From assembly GCF_020745735.1 (NCBI RefSeq), contig NW_026867640.1, positions 1,186,698 through 1,250,697 of the forward strand: a stretch of DNA of 64,000 bases, given 5' to 3'. The position numbers and the translations under genes are program-made. The DNA comes from Hemiscyllium ocellatum (lineage: Eukaryota). The notes beneath the pieces were generated by a model, which had not been told where the DNA came from, made no database searches, and saw only the letters and a list, made by a program, of their open reading frames with translations. Below are positions 49,228 through 63,713 of the stretch, piece after piece. The stretch's first letter is position 1. Every line of letters starts with the position of its first letter.

Positions 49228-49479
49228 GTAAGAGACACATCCTGAGAGAGCTACAAATCACTCTGAACTCTGATGTGAATCAAACACACTAATTTATCGG
49301 GCGTTGTAAACAGCTTCTCGTTTCCCAAAATGCCACGCATCTCACTTCATTTTGAGTGTTACATTAGCATTGCTCATAATTCAAAATTTTAGCAAGTCAG
49401 AAAAGCATGTTTCCTCTCTGTTGAAGATAAATATATAGACAGTGGGCTTTGTTAAATAGTTTGTTGCCTGATCATGCTG

Positions 49480-49920
49480 TGAGAGGCATTCAGAGTGCTG
49501 AATACTTGCCTGGTAGCCACTTCAAGGATAAGTTTGCGAGTGGAGGGGGGATATTGGAGAGTTATCTGATTCAAACATAGAAAATACTGAGAGACTGAGG
49601 TCGAGTTAACGTGGAATAGGTGTTTTGACTGGTGGGCGAGACTAGGACCCAAAGGCACAATCTCAGGGTCAAAGGGGCACCGTTAGGAACTGAGATGGGC
49701 AGGAATTTCTTCAGCCAGAGGGTGATGAGTCTATCGAACTTGTTGCTCCAGAGGGCTGTGGGGGCCAGGCCGTTGTGTGTATTCAAGCCAGAGATAGATT
49801 GTTTCTTGGTTCGTACGGGGAGAAGGCAGGAGAATGGTTTTAGCCCGAAACGTCAATTTTCCTGCTTCTCGGATGCTGCCTGACCTGCTGTGCTTTTCCT
49901 GCATCATTCTGATCTAAACT
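49480..49920 (+). mobile_element. CR1 3' fragment followed by a Penelope pLTR piece
   Basis: ORF 49632-49883 TRTQRHNLRVKG..RNFFSQRV; gcccgaaacgtc...ggatgctgcctgacctgctg. Confidence 0.75.
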
Positions 49921-50359
49921 CTGGATGGGCCAAACAACCTTATTCTGATCTTCTATCTCATGATGTTGTAGTCTCAAAATGACGTGGTTAAAATATGCAG
50001 TGACCCTTACTTAAAAATAAATCAAAATGCGTTCGATGCTTCATTCCCTGCTCAGGAATGACCTGTTGGCCTTGGACATTGTCCGACATCGATTTTTATC
50101 TGGTACTGAACTCTTTAACATCATTTATGGGATCAGACCACAGACCAAGTGGATATCACATTTGATCGACTGGGATAAACGTGATCTCACTGAGCTTCTT
50201 TAAGATGGTCTCTGTAATTAGTGGATGAGGCACGAGAATAAATTCTGGTAAGAATGCTACAATAGGGATGAATGAACGAGGAACTTGAGACAGGCTGATT
50301 TTCTGATGCTTGTACCCATTATCCTTATTTAATAAACGCCCCTCTATTTGTGGATCTAT

Positions 50360-50920
50360 GCACTTGTGTGTCTCCATGTGAGAGTCTGAATTTGTGTGTA
50401 TGTGTGCTATTGTATACATGCTGATGAATGTGGTTTAAAAATAACTAATTAAGCTGCCTCTGTCGTCGTATGTTTGTGATTCTGAAAATGGGAATATAAT
50501 GATATTAATATTTATCTCTGTACACTTACGTGCCTGTGTGAGTTGACATGTGGGAGGACATTTTTCAGAATTTGTATCTGTGTGTTCATGCGTGTATGTC
50601 TGTACGCATTGTGCTGTATGAATGTACATGTATTCATGTCCATTTGTGTGTTACCGTGTGTCTATGTTTCTCATGGTTATGTGTGAGTACCCCGTTCATT
50701 TGTGCAAATGCTTTTCTTCCGGTGTATGTGAGTTTTTGTATGAGCTTAGGTGAGTGTTCAAGTACCACTTGCATGTGTGGCTCGGTGCGAGTATGCGTGT
50801 GTGACACCTTATCTATATGCACATTTGAGTGTGCACATAAATATGTGTCTTTAGGTGAGAGTTCGTATATGTGTCATTACGTGTGTACTTGTGATCACCT
50901 CCCTGTATCTGTTCGTATTC
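50360..50920. repeat. Degenerate (TG)n-rich simple repeat
   Basis: tgtgtgtatgtg-type sequence. Confidence 0.8.
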
Positions 50921-53799
50921 CAGACCACAATTTTTACTTTTCTAATTTATTGTTCTAATTTTAATGGATTGCCCATCCTTACATTTGACCTTTGTGTTGT
51001 GGGAAACATTTCCCATCGTCGTGGATAGATAAGCCTTTTATGAGCAACTCTTCTGTTTCAGTGATGGAATTTCTGTCTCTGAGAGAAAAGGCGTGAGTTC
51101 AAATCCCCACTGATAACATTTCTGAATATATTTAATAGAAAATGTCGACTTGTGTTCTGTATGTGAAACAAAATGATATCAGGCATTCGAATACCAGAAT
51201 TGATCCCATGTGCTCCAGAAAACTGAGACAAAACTATGGAATTCAAACCGGGACGATGCAAAAACCAGTTTTGGATTATGGGAATCAATGTTAATCATTT
51301 GTTAACAGAGTCAAGCATGTCCAACATGCTTCAAAGGTATTATTTTGCATGGAAATGTTAAATCTTTGGGCAGTAAGCAAGACGCTGGGTTACATTACAG
51401 AGAACATCTACCATGAAGACTCTGCACAGGGAGCTTAAGGACAGACCATTCATCGTTCCTCTCCCCTCTGCTCCACGACAACTTATCTGTCGATTCTCTT
51501 TGGTGTGAAAGTGAAGATACCTTCTATCAACTCATGCGCTGGTGCAAGATCCCTGGCAGTTACCCAGAAACAAAAGTTACGTTCAAACTGTTCTGCACTC
51601 TTTACGATTGGTATGTTCCAATCAAATTTAGTTTTAAAGTGTATTAAAAAAACAACTCCCAGAAACGCATCCCCGATGCCTGCACGGACTTCTCAGTAAC
51701 AAGGGTAAGTCAGAAACCCTTAAGCTACAAGTTAGATGTTTGGTCTTTTACACTGATAATTTGGGATAGAATCAGGCCATTCAGCCAATTCTTGCCGATT
51801 ACCACTTGAGGAGGTGGAGTGCTGGAATGTTAGCACATTTTGCAATGCGAATCATTCAAAACAGAGAGAGTTGTTGCTGCAGTTGTACGAGTTGTTACTG
51901 AGAGGACACGCGGACTACATTGTGTTGTTCCTGTTTCTGTAACTGAGGAGAGATGGAACTCCATCAGACACAGTTTTACGTCTACTCATAATCCACGGCT
52001 TTCTGTATTACTTCATGTGTCGGGCCTATTACAGGGGGTCAGGAAAAGGCCTTTAACATGTCACGCCTTTTACATGGGGAGAGGAGGAGGACATTCCGTT
52101 TCTCACACCGGCCGTACAGAAGCTCAACTAGTCAGTCTGTTGCTCAATTACAGGGATGCAAAATAAAAACAAACACAGATACATCCCTTTTGAGGACAGT
52201 TGGTGAAGAAGATGAACGGCATTCAGTCGGTCGAACCAGGAAGGAATTTGAAAAGACCATTCAGTCCCTCGATCTCATACCACAGGAACAGCAACTGAGC
52301 ATACAACTATTGGAGCCTGTTCCTCAAAAGCAGGAGGAGGACATCCATTTTAACAAATCTGGTACACGGGAACAGGATGCAGTCATTCAACTGCTTGACA
52401 CTGAGACACAGGAGAATCTGGAGTCAAGAGAGCCCCGATGAATTTCCCCAGATGTATGAAGATGTCATTTGCTTCCCAACGAATATGGTAGAATGGAAGA
52501 GAATGAGAATTAGCTTGATACAAACAGAAACATATTAATAAGTTACATGAGTGAGTCATTCAATCCTGTCCTGCCATTCCATAAGATGATGCCTGATCAG
52601 ATTGTGAGTCGTCATTCCATTTTAAAGCGATGCCCCTCAATTCAGCCTCTGGTAAAATTGTTGGTCACGTTGTAGACCCAGATGCTGTAACTACAGCGCC
52701 CATGACTTATCGATAACGGGTCACCAAATCCTCTGAACTCCCTGAATTTTCACATCAGCTTTAAGCACAATCTCCAGGAAACTATTCCCCGCATTTACAC
52801 ATACGTCCCAAACAGAATTAGATCAATTCCACATAAGAATCCTGGTCCGAATTAGCGACAGTTGAGTACATTCATCATGGTACTGAATACATGATCCAAA
52901 GACAATGACGAACCTAGGCGTACAGAGGAAAGGGAAAAAATAATTGTGCTGAAGTGCCCAAAAGCTTCGAAAACACATTTTCCAACACGGACCATCACCC
53001 AGCTCACCAACAAGTGAAAGCAAGCAATTGCTTTTAAAAAGATTGTTTCTGAGCTTCTTCACTGGGGAAACCAAAGCTCCAGGGAGAAAAACAGCAAAGG
53101 CTTGGGAAATATACATGGCAGTTATTCATATTAAATCTGGACAAGGGCTTAATGGGCAACAAGTCACAGAAATGGGCATGGGAATGGGAATAACCAGAGC
53201 AGTCAGACATTGGAGGATCAAATTAATGGAATGAGATCATGAAATGAAATGATTGCAACGTTGACAGTAATGGTTAATGACATCACATTCTTGGTCGCAC
53301 TCACAGAACCAGCACAAAACACTGGGCAGACAAGAACAGTGCATTAATTTATAAAGCAAGACAAGGTACCTGTCTACTGGGGAGATGTGCACCTCAATAC
53401 CAATTACGGAATTGACCTGTAAACTTGGCACAATTAACCTCCCAGTGTATAGATCTGTGTACACCATTCCAATGCATTACTCGGCAAAACTTTATTAGAT
53501 TGCTTTCCTGCATGGCCAAACGTGTAACCATGCTCGAAATGACAGAATACTCAGCTCCTATCCAGTTACAGCTCCTTACCTCCATATTGTGGCACGACAA
53601 AGCGTGCTGTGGGTGTGAAAATCACTGCCAGAGGGAGATGGCGGTGGAATCAGTTCAAATGCCAACAAATAAGAGAGATTTGGGAAATAGATAGGGAGGG
53701 GAAGATTGAGAGACAGTATACTGGAAGGATACATTCACATGTTTCGGCTGGTATTTCCAGGAACGGGATTTTGGTGGGAGTTCAGGCAGAGTCTCAGAG

Positions 53800-56330
53800 T
53801 CAAAGAGATATACAGCACGGAAACAAACCCTTCAGTCCAACTAAGCGACATCGACAGGATATACTTAAATTATCTAGGCCTATTTTTCAACATTTGACCA
53901 TATCACTTTGAACTGTTCCCATTCTTATACCCATCCTGTTGTAGTTTAAATTCTGTAATTGTAGCAGCTTCCACCAACTAATCTGGCAGCTCATTTCATA
54001 CACGTGTCACCCTCTGTGTAAAAATGTTGCCCCTTTCGCCCCTTTAAACCTTTTCCCTTGGAACTTAAATCTATGTGCTCTAGTCTTGGGCAATGGATTT
54101 TGTCTATTCAGACGATCCATGAGCATCACCCTACAACAAAAATAGCCCCCACCTATTCAGAATCCCCCTGTGGCTCAAGACTTGGCAACATCATTGTGAG
54201 TCTTTTCTCATTTCCTACAGGTTTCACAGCATCCTTCCTAGAGCAGAGACACTAGACATTAAAACAGTATTCCAAAAGTAACCAACTTCTGTACTCAATG
54301 CACTGCACAGTAAAGGCAAGCATAACAAACGCCTTGTTCAGTGTCCTGTACACCTCCAACTTGAGTTTCAAAGAACGATGAACCTGCAATCCAGAGTCTC
54401 TTTTTTTTTCAATAAACACAGTTTTTCACATTTAAGTGTATAAGCCTTGGCATGCTTTGTGTTTCTAAAATGCAGCTCCTCACATTTATCGAAATTACAC
54501 TTCACTGGTCTGTCCTTGATCCATGAGCGCATTAGATTACGAGCCCTTTGACACCTGAGATAACCTTCTTCGTTGTACACAACAACACCATTCATGGTGT
54601 TATCTGAAAACTTACGAACTACTAACGTCCTATGTTCACATTCAAAGCATTTAGATAAATGACGTAACTCCGTGAACCCAGATCGATTTTCGTAGCAAAC
54701 CGCTGTTCATGTGCCTCCAGTGAGAAAGGCAACCCCCCCCCCGACCACCGTCTGTCGATTACCTTCGAGCTAATCGTTTTATCCAAATGCTTACATTTTC
54801 CTGTATTCCGTGTCATTTAACCTTGCTCACCAATGTAACCAATGTATCATGCGGAAACTTTTAAACAGTTTAATGACGTGCATATATATCAAGTTCACCA
54901 CTTTGAATCACTCAGTGCTCTTTTCGACTTTTTCAAAAAATCTCAGTTAAGTTCGTAAAACATTATGTCCTCCGCCCAAAGCCACACTGACTATCCCTAA
55001 GCAGTCCTTGCCTGTCAATACCCATGTAAACTTTTTTCCGTAATAATCCCCTCCAACAACTTACCCACAACTGACGTCAGGTTTCTTAGTGTGTTATATG
55101 TTGTCATTTCCTTACTATCTTTCAGATATGCTTTAAATGCAGTCACCACGTTAGCCAACCTCTAGTATTCCAGCACATCAGCTGTGACAATCGATGACAC
55201 AAATCATTCACAAAAGGCCCAGCAATCACTTTCATAGCTTTCACACAATTCACAGTTATATCTCATCAGTTCCTGTGGATTTTCGCTTTATAACATTTCC
55301 AGTATCTCCTCCATCACATAGACATTTTTCAAGCTATCACTATGTATTTATATAAATTGTCTCGCGTCCCTATCCTTCTGCATCGTAAATATATGTTTAG
55401 AACCTCAGTGTCCAGATTAGTGTGGTGATGGAAAAGCACAACATGTCAGGCAACATCGATGGAACAGGAGAAACGTGTCGATTTCCTTGCTCCTCGGGTG
55501 TTCGCTGATCTGCGATGCGTTTCCAGCACCAGTCCAATCTGGACCCTGATATCCAGCATCTGCAGCACGCTCTTCTGCCTCGTTTAGTACCCTTCCATCT
55601 CTTGCTGTTGTACAGATTGACGAACTTGCTAATCTGTAAGAGACCCTGTTTACCCCTTTGTGATTAATCTATTTTTAGAGTCCCTTTCAATTGTCCTTAA
55701 CATTGGCAAAACTATCTCATGTGCATTGTTTGCCCTCCCAATTCACTTATTAACTGCACACTTACTTTCTAAAAAATCTGCAATTAATTATCTACCGGCG
55801 ATCTTCAGACCATGTTTAGTTTTCAGAACAACCTATGTGTTTCACTCTTTTTCATTAAGGAAGAATATGGCAATCCTTACCTTGTGTGGGCTACATGTGA
55901 GTCTAGACCCACAGCGATGTGATTGAATCTTGCAATTAGCGACGGGCAACGAATGTAGTCCTAGCCAGTGATGCATTCATCCTGTCAATGGATGCTTTCC
56001 TCGTCCACTTGACTAAACCCTCGGTTTATCTCGTCATGCACCATTCCTTACAGCTTCCAGTCCTACTCTTCGTCCTAACAAGGACATACTGTCTCTGGGC
56101 TTTCAACATCTCTTTTTTGAAATCTCTCCACTTGTCAGCTGCACCGTTATCTGCGAATATTTGTCCTGATCGTCTTTTGAAATTTCTTCAGCTAATATCA
56201 TCAAACTTTGCCTTCCAACGTTTCAGAACTTTAACTTCTACATCTGGTTTATCCTTTTCCATCCCGGGTTTAAAACTAATATGATTAAGACTACTTGTCC
56301 CAAAGTGCCTCCGCACCCAATAAGATTTCA
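53800..56330 (-). mobile_element. CR1 LINE (~2.5 kb) with small nested insertions
   Basis: 3' tail at ~53800; ORF 56188-56472 HFGTSSLNHISFKPGMEKDKPDVEVKVL; pLTR insert at 55430-55580. Confidence 0.85.
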
Positions 56331-56781
56331 GTTTCCTGTTCTGCCTTATTTTTGAAGAGTAAGTCAAGTTTAACTTCATCCCTGTGCTGGAGAGAATTGG
56401 ACAAACAGCTGCAGCTTTGTAAGTGGTCATGCGTACAGCAGAGCCTTCGTCTCCTGGGACTGAATCTAACATTAATTTGTCTCAGACTCATTTTCATTGG
56501 TTGTGACAGAAGGATCGCCTGCAAGATGCTGAGATAGTTTCCTTTGTGTTATCTTATCAAACTCACCTCATTAACTATCTCTTCACACCACCACTCCGAG
56601 CATGGAGTTCATCCCATTCAATGTCAACCCGATTCTTACACCCATCACAGGTGAGGTACTCATCATCCCCCGGATGTCCCGGATATTCCATGATCCACAG
56701 TAATTGTGCCACATTTAAAAAAAGACAAGCTGTTGAGCATTTTGTGTTCAAAACTGCCTACACAGTTAATCCTTAGAATGA

Positions 56782-57945
56782 TTTGGAGATGCCGGTGTTG
56801 GACTGGGGAGTACAAAGTTTAAAAATTCACAACCTCAGGTTATAGTCCAACAGGTTTAATTGAAAACACACTAGCGTTCAGAGCGACGCTCCTTCATCAG
56901 GTGACAGTGGAGGGCTCAATCCTAACACAGAATTTATAGCAAAAACTTGCAGTGTGATGTAACTGTAATTATACCTTGTAAAATTCATTGTCTGTTAAGC
57001 CTTTCATCTGTTAGAATGCGATGTTAGTTTCACATTTTCCACGTGTAGACCACAAAACTTTTTTTAAAAACAGCAAGTTGCATTCTCGGGTTAGTTGTTA
57101 ACAATGGTGATAGCTAGACAACATGTTGAAGGTGTGACCACCCACCCCCACCCCTTGTGTTCTCTGTCTATGTCATCAAGTTTAGATTGATCCTACTCTA
57201 AAAAGTGATGTAACGGAGGTTGAAAGAAATTCATGCAGTCTTTGAGCACAGAGTTCTACATGAATGCATGTAGTTTTTGAGCAAAGTACAATATAACTCT
57301 GCAAGTACAAATTCACGCCACAAAATATATGCATGCATATGGGTCTTTGTCTGTCTATGTGTGCCTAGGTTGGGGGTTGTGAGTGTCAGAAAGTGTATGT
57401 GTGTGTGTGCAGTAAGTGCAGAGAGTTTTAAGTCTGTGAAGGGATGCAAGTGTGACTGTGGGAATGTGTGTGCCTGTAAGGGTATGTGTGGGTGTCTGTG
57501 TGCATGTCTGTGTGTATGTGTGCCCGTGCTTATCTGTGTATAGGAGTGCGTGTGTGTGAGAGAGTGCGTGGGTGTGATGCAGTATCAGTGTGTGTACATA
57601 GTGCAATGGTTGTCTCCTGTAATGTGACATGAACCCAAGGTCCTGGCCCTCCCTATGGGTACTGAGCTTAGTTATCAAACTCTGCTCGGCCACTTTCCTC
57701 TGCTGCCTGTCACGAAGTTCACCTTGGAGGATGGTCTCCCGAAGGTGCGAGGCTAAATGTCCTGGACCATTGAAGTGTTCCCCAACTGGAAGGGAACCCT
57801 CCTGACTGTTGGTTGTTGTGCGGTGCCCATTCATCCGCTATCGAAGCCTTTACTAGGTTTCCCCAATTTGTCATGCCTCCGGGCATCCTTGCCTGCAATG
57901 TATGAGATAGACAACATTAGCGGAGTCACATGAGTACCTGCCTTG
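56782..57945 (-). mobile_element. Penelope-like element (GIY-YIG end, internal TG repeat, pLTR with hammerhead remnant)
   Basis: ORF 57355-57834 MNGHR..SLPVGEHFNGPGH..RKVAEQSLI; CTGATGA-A-GGAGC..GCTCT-GAAC at 56872-56900. Confidence 0.85.
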
Positions 57946-59239
57946 CACATTCTCCTGGGAAATACTGGACAAAAACGGGTACCCTGTCGGTTGCATGTGT
58001 TTGTCTCCTGAGGAGGCCTTTACGGATCATTGCTGTTGCACACCGGAACATCGAGGGCCGAAGGGCCTGTACTGTGCTGTAATTTTCTATGTTCTATGTT
58101 CTAAAACTTTTATCATAAAACATGAGCAATTTTGTTTCTTCCAAAAATACATGTACAAAGAGTAACATGCTTTCAATTTTGACGTGAAGTGTTTCTGGTT
58201 AAGAAAAGGCTTTGGGTGCAACAGAAGCAATGATGCGCTTGTATTTGTCAGGGAATTGTGCTGGAGCAATAGAATCTGGAGACCTCACATGGTTCAGCTT
58301 GGGGCTTGGATAACATTTTTGTATATTTCAGCTCAGAGAGGGAGGAAATGAAACTTGCCTGAGAATGAAAGATCCATGACACGATCTCTCGCCCCCTATT
58401 CGTCTTCACAATGAAGTGTGAAAACTGAAAACCCTTCTGTCATCTTTACCACTCATGGAGGATTCCTGTTGATTATTCACTGGAATTTCCCCATTGCCTG
58501 AAGCAAAGGAAATTCAGCCAAATCCACCTGGTCCAGGAGGAAATCTCATTGCCAACAGCTTGTATCAACAGAATAACTTCCAGGAGCAGAATAATACTGG
58601 GCAATCTCACATCGATTTGCCTTTGACATGAGTTTAGCTATAGTTTAGAAAAGTTTATTGACACTGGCACTCTGTACAGGTGTGTGCCTCTGTGTCTGAA
58701 TCTGTGTGTAATAAGGTACAGACAGGAATGTTTGGCAGAGACCACAACAAGTTTAGCCCCAATCGTAGTGTCTGGTGGAACAGGGTCAAAGAGTTTCTGC
58801 TCCTTAGTCCTTTGTCGCTATGCTCTATTCAGCCCCTTACAGCTGTTAGACGAGAATAACTGGTGACTACTTGCTACCTTTACCTGGTGCACGGCAAGAG
58901 AGGAGATATTTCATACATTAATTCCCTCACATACTGCTTGTTATGATTTGGAGGATTCTCGTGAAAAGAAGAGTACGGATACAAAAGACTCCTCTCCATT
59001 CTTTTTACGGATGTTCCACTCTCTGTAACTCATGCTTCATTATTGGCCATATTATAGAGCCAGATTTACTGTCAAACAGGTGATAGGTCAAAAAATACTC
59101 CAGTCTCTCTTACCGCAACATTTCTTAACAGAATTTCAAGGAAAATAACAGACAGTATTTTTTCAATTGAATAAACTGAATAGCTGAGACAGAGTAGTAG
59201 GCCATTCGTCCGGGCCTCAAATGTGCTTGTTTTGGGAAA

Positions 59240-60200
59240 TAAGGCAGAGACCACAACACGTGAGTGAGGTGTTTGATGGGGAACTTTGCGACCAGTGACT
59301 ATAATTCTATTTGTTTTAAAATAGTTAAGTAAAAGGATAGGTTTGTCCGCAAGTTTGCGTTTTGAATTGGCACATTATCAATATTGATGGTATGAGGAGA
59401 AGCTTCCAAAATTTGACTGAGAGAATGTTTGCGGCAAAGTGACGGCTGGGAAATTTAAAAAAAAACAGGATAGTGAGAGTTCAGAGACGGTATGTTCCTG
59501 TTAGTGTGAAGGACAATGCTGGCTGGAATAGAAACCACTGGTTGACTGGAATGTTGAGATTACGGACAAAAGAAACGAAGGAGACATATGTCATGTATAG
59601 ATACCTGGGGTCAGTGAATTCCTTGGAGTGCTGGTGTTATCAGAATATACTTATGTGTAAGACAAGAGCACAAAGAGGCGACATGAACTAGCGTTAACAG
59701 AAAAGACATGAGAGTTAAAAGAGATTCCACAAGTTTGTTAGTGACAAAGACTACCGAGGGAGATGACAGGGCCGATTAAAATTCAAAGAGCTATCTATGT
59801 GAGAATGCATAGATGAAGAATCGGGTTTATTAAGTATACCAAGGTTATCATCACACGGTTTAACCTGTGGTGCTGAGACAAACGGGAAGAGTACACGAAA
59901 AGTTGTTGGTGGATCGTATCAGGGAAAGTCCTAAACCTTTTTATACGTATAAAAAAAGAACGACACGAGTATGATTACGGCCAATCAAATACAGTATTCA
60001 GAGGAGATCGGGGAAGCGCGAAATGAATATTTTCGTCCTTATTCACAATGGTAAAAGGCAATGTTATCGGGGAGAATATTGAGAAACAGGCTACTGGACT
60101 TAATAGGCTTGAGGTTCACATTGTGGAAGTGGGAACTGGTAGGGTATGTGAAAGCAAGGCCTGGATTGTGGGGTAGGGAGTTATGACATAGGAGAGTTCC
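59240..60200 (+). mobile_element. Old CR1 fragment (endonuclease linker)
   Basis: ggggaactttgcgaccagtgactataattc.., VQRRYVPVSVK-type sequence. Confidence 0.7.
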
Positions 60201-60317
60201 GGCCCTAAATTTATTGAATTCGGAACTGAGCGTGGAAGGCGCCTTCCTTACATCTGGCAATATTTTCAGAGCTTTCCCGCACAATGCACAGAGACATAAG
60301 GAAAGGAGTAGGTCGTT

Positions 60318-60643
60318 CATAGAATCCCGACCGTTTGGAAGCAGCCCCTTTGACCTACCCGACCTTCCAGGCGAGAAACCCACCGAAATGCATATCTGTA
60401 TCCAATGTATACCCCTTCCTAATGCAACTAATCTACACATCGCTAAACACTATGGCAATTTAACCAGTCACCTAGCATGCACATCTTTGGATCGTGTAAG
60501 GAAACAGTAGCACCCGGGGTGATTCCACGCAGGTCTGGTGGAATGCGCAAATTCCAAACAGACAGCCACTTGAGGCTGGTATAGAGCCCGGTCTCAGGCT
60601 CTGTGATGCTGGAATGCTAACCACTGGGCCACCGTGCCATCCC
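60318..60643 (-). mobile_element. SINE with CR1-type tail
   Basis: Head gggatggcacggtggcccagtggttagc on minus strand. Confidence 0.75.
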
Positions 60644-61740
60644 TCATTGCATTAGCCTTCCCCATTTTAGTTCAGAGTTGAATATCTCCTTATTGCACTT
60701 TTCCCAAGAAGTGTACATATCCGTTAATGTGATGAAAATATAGCAGATTGACAGCAGTATCCCTTCAGTCCAGATTTTTTCCTCCCCATTCAATATAATA
60801 AAGATCAAATCCCTCCCTTTGCCCAATGTTCCTGCTCTCATATATCCCTTTCCTCTTTGGAAATGTTTATTTCTGTTCAGTGCATTGCCTTCCACAGTCT
60901 TTCGTGGGATGGAACTCCACAGGTTCACCAGTCTCTGAACACAGGCATGTATTCTCATCTCAATGCAGTGGCCTGCCTGTACCTTATAATGTGGCCCCTG
61001 TTTAAGGTATAACAGCAATGGGAAAATATCAGAGGAGAAACTGAGGACTGCAGATGCTGGAGGTCAGAGCTGAAAATGTGTTGCTGGAAAAGCGCAGCAG
61101 GTCAGGCAGCATCCAAGGAACAGGAGATTCAGTGTTTCGCGCATAAGGGCTTTTGCCTGAAACGTCAAATCTCCTGTTCCTTGGATGCTGCCTGACCTGC
61201 TGCGATTTTCCAGCATTGGAAATATCATCCCTGCTTCCAATCTGTCTCACCCTATCAGTGTATTATATATGTTACTGAGATCTCCAATTTTTCCCCAAAA
61301 TCCCATAGACTACAAATCCTTTCGACGCCATCTCTGCACAGACAACAATCCTGTCATCCTTCGCGATATTGCTTAAGGTTTGTCATTGATTAGTGACAGA
61401 GACGAAAACCGCATAATATTCGAGATGAGGTCTCAGCAGGGGCCTGTATAGCTGCAGTAAGGCACCCTGACTACTGTACCCAAATCACCTGGAAATGAAG
61501 GTCAACACATCATTTATCTTCCTGACTGCTTTCTGTTCCTGCAATATTTCTTTCAGTCACTGGTGTATAAAGAGGTCCAAATCCTTTTCAATGTTACAGC
61601 TAACCACTTGGTCGAGCGGTGTATACTGGTAAGTGTGCCAATACCATTCCCTGCATTTATTCTGGCTTCAGAACTCTCTGAACCTGCCTTGACCTCGGAG
61701 GTTTGCACCGAAGGAACGCAGGTCGCATTACACTGTAATT
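60644..61740 (-). mobile_element. CR1 fragment interrupted by a palindromic pLTR element
   Basis: ORF 60644-61018 and CR1 C-terminal sequence 61220-61740. Confidence 0.7.
61030..61215. mobile_element. Hairpin-forming inverted pair of Penelope pLTR segments
   Basis: gctggaaaagcgcagcaggtcaggcagcatccaaggaacaggaga ... tctcctgttccttggatgctgcctgacctgctgcgattttccagc. Confidence 0.85.
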
Positions 61741-62345
61741 TTTTTATGCCTATCCCTTTTCAAATGGTAGGTTGCAGTTCAATTCATCCAAGCCGAAAAG
61801 AAAACATCCCATAAGGAGGCCTGTGGGGGCTGGAGGCGGTAACTGAGGTAAGGAGTGCATAAATGCTGGAAGACATGGCAGAGACAGTGACGTATGTAGG
61901 CTCTGGTGGAGTGTCCACAAGTAGTAACGCTTGCATAGGCTGGTGGAGGTGGCAGAGATAACGAGGTGTGCGATATTTGTGTGCAATAAAACATTCCATT
62001 TGCCTGGCTGAGGGCAGCTTCACCCATCTACTGACTCTTGGCAGCAGCAATGTCTGGTGTTTACATGGTGGTTTGCATAAATCAATCAAGACTCCTTAAC
62101 AAGTACCCCTGAAACTCGGACCATTAAGAAAGACAACGAGATCAAATACCCGTTCAAGTTTCTTTCCAAGCCACCCACCATATTATTTGGGAAATATATT
62201 TCTGTTCTGTCAATGCAATTGTTTCAATTTCCTTTCTTTATGGTATTGCAAGTCGAGCTACAGCGGTTCAATGTGTCGGCTCACCACCACCTTCTTAAGG
62301 GCAACATCGATGAGCAAGAAATACTGGCCCAATTGCATTCGAAAG
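61740..62345 (+). mobile_element. Old CR1/L2-clade LINE 3' end
   Basis: cagcggttcaa..gctcaccaccaccttcttaagggcaa 3' motif. Confidence 0.6.
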
Positions 62346-63713
62346 ACAAATATTATACAAATATGACCAATACGGGACACTGTGTTCTGTGTTTTGATAT
62401 CACAGGCCTTTTTTTTGTAGTGAGTACCTTGCCTGTTGTGAACAGCTGAACGAATATGCTTTTTAAATAAACCTTTCAGCATTTCAGAGGCATGATCTGC
62501 ACACCTAGAATTACACAGTCACTGACATTCACATAACATAAGCCTGAGCTGTCAGATGCACATAAGCAGTTGAAAATGTACTCGTTTCTGACTGTAAAAT
62601 GTTGGAACAAACTGTGGTATTCTTGTCATCAAAATGATTGAGTGTGAATATTAACACATAATATTAGTACAGGAAACAATATGTGTATATTTTCAAATTC
62701 CTTGCACGTAAAACTTTTTCGATCTTTGATGTGGTAACATGACATATCATTTGAAAGCCCTTCCTGAAGTTCGTGTCCTGTTTCCATTCTATTGTTATCA
62801 GAAAAGTGAACTGATAAAACTGGTGGATTTTGTGCTGACTGGAAAATCGAAAAGTCGGTGTTGTCCAAAGATGTCGGGCCCTCAGACTTTGCTGTTAATG
62901 GTTAGAATAATGCTGAAAACATTTACTTGGACATTTCTGTCTGGAGGCATTCATAAAGACGTTGGGCTGGGATCATGCTGACCATCAAAGTAGATGCACA
63001 ATTCTGTTTGGATACTGACGTTGTGGAGCTGACATGGGCTGGAAACGTTTGTGAGGGATTAAATGTCAGGCGCCATGTGCCATAGGAGTGCATCACCATT
63101 ATAACAGCTTCATTCAGGTTTCAGTCCAAGTTTCGGAATTACCCAGCTTAAGTGACACACCAGATGTGATAAACTTCCAAACCATGCTTGTAGTGGTGAT
63201 GGTCAAAAATATTTAACTGAGTGTGTATCAGCACTGAACTGTATTCGATGGATGCATTTCCCGGATGTTCGGTAGGTCTCTAACTGCATTGTTGTGCGCG
63301 ATCGTGTGAATAACTGTACAGCTACAGTTTAAGCGCTATCTGGACAGATTTTGTACATGACCAGTGTTTTGGAGATTGTAGTCAGGCCTAGTAGCACTGT
63401 GTCTGAATTGAAGTGGTTTGCATGCCATTTTCAACAGATTTGCGGATTGCAAGATGTTCGCATATCTGAACATGATTAAGCTGGTTACTGTGGTTACTGA
63501 ATTGTGTAATAGTTAGATTTGTATTCTGGGAATTATTGTTCACTTCAAATATTTTTAATTGAAAACAATGAAGTGTGGTTTTATTGTAAAATATGTGAGA
63601 AATAACGTGATATTAATTCTTAATTCTGAAAAAAAGGTTAATTTACTTGCTGCATATTTCCAACAAACTAATCAAGCAACTGTCAGACTTTAACTGCAAT
63701 GTAAAGATACTGT

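Noticed and set aside
50548-50958. Cys/Val-rich 136-aa ORF
   Set aside because: Translation of a degenerate (TG)n repeat
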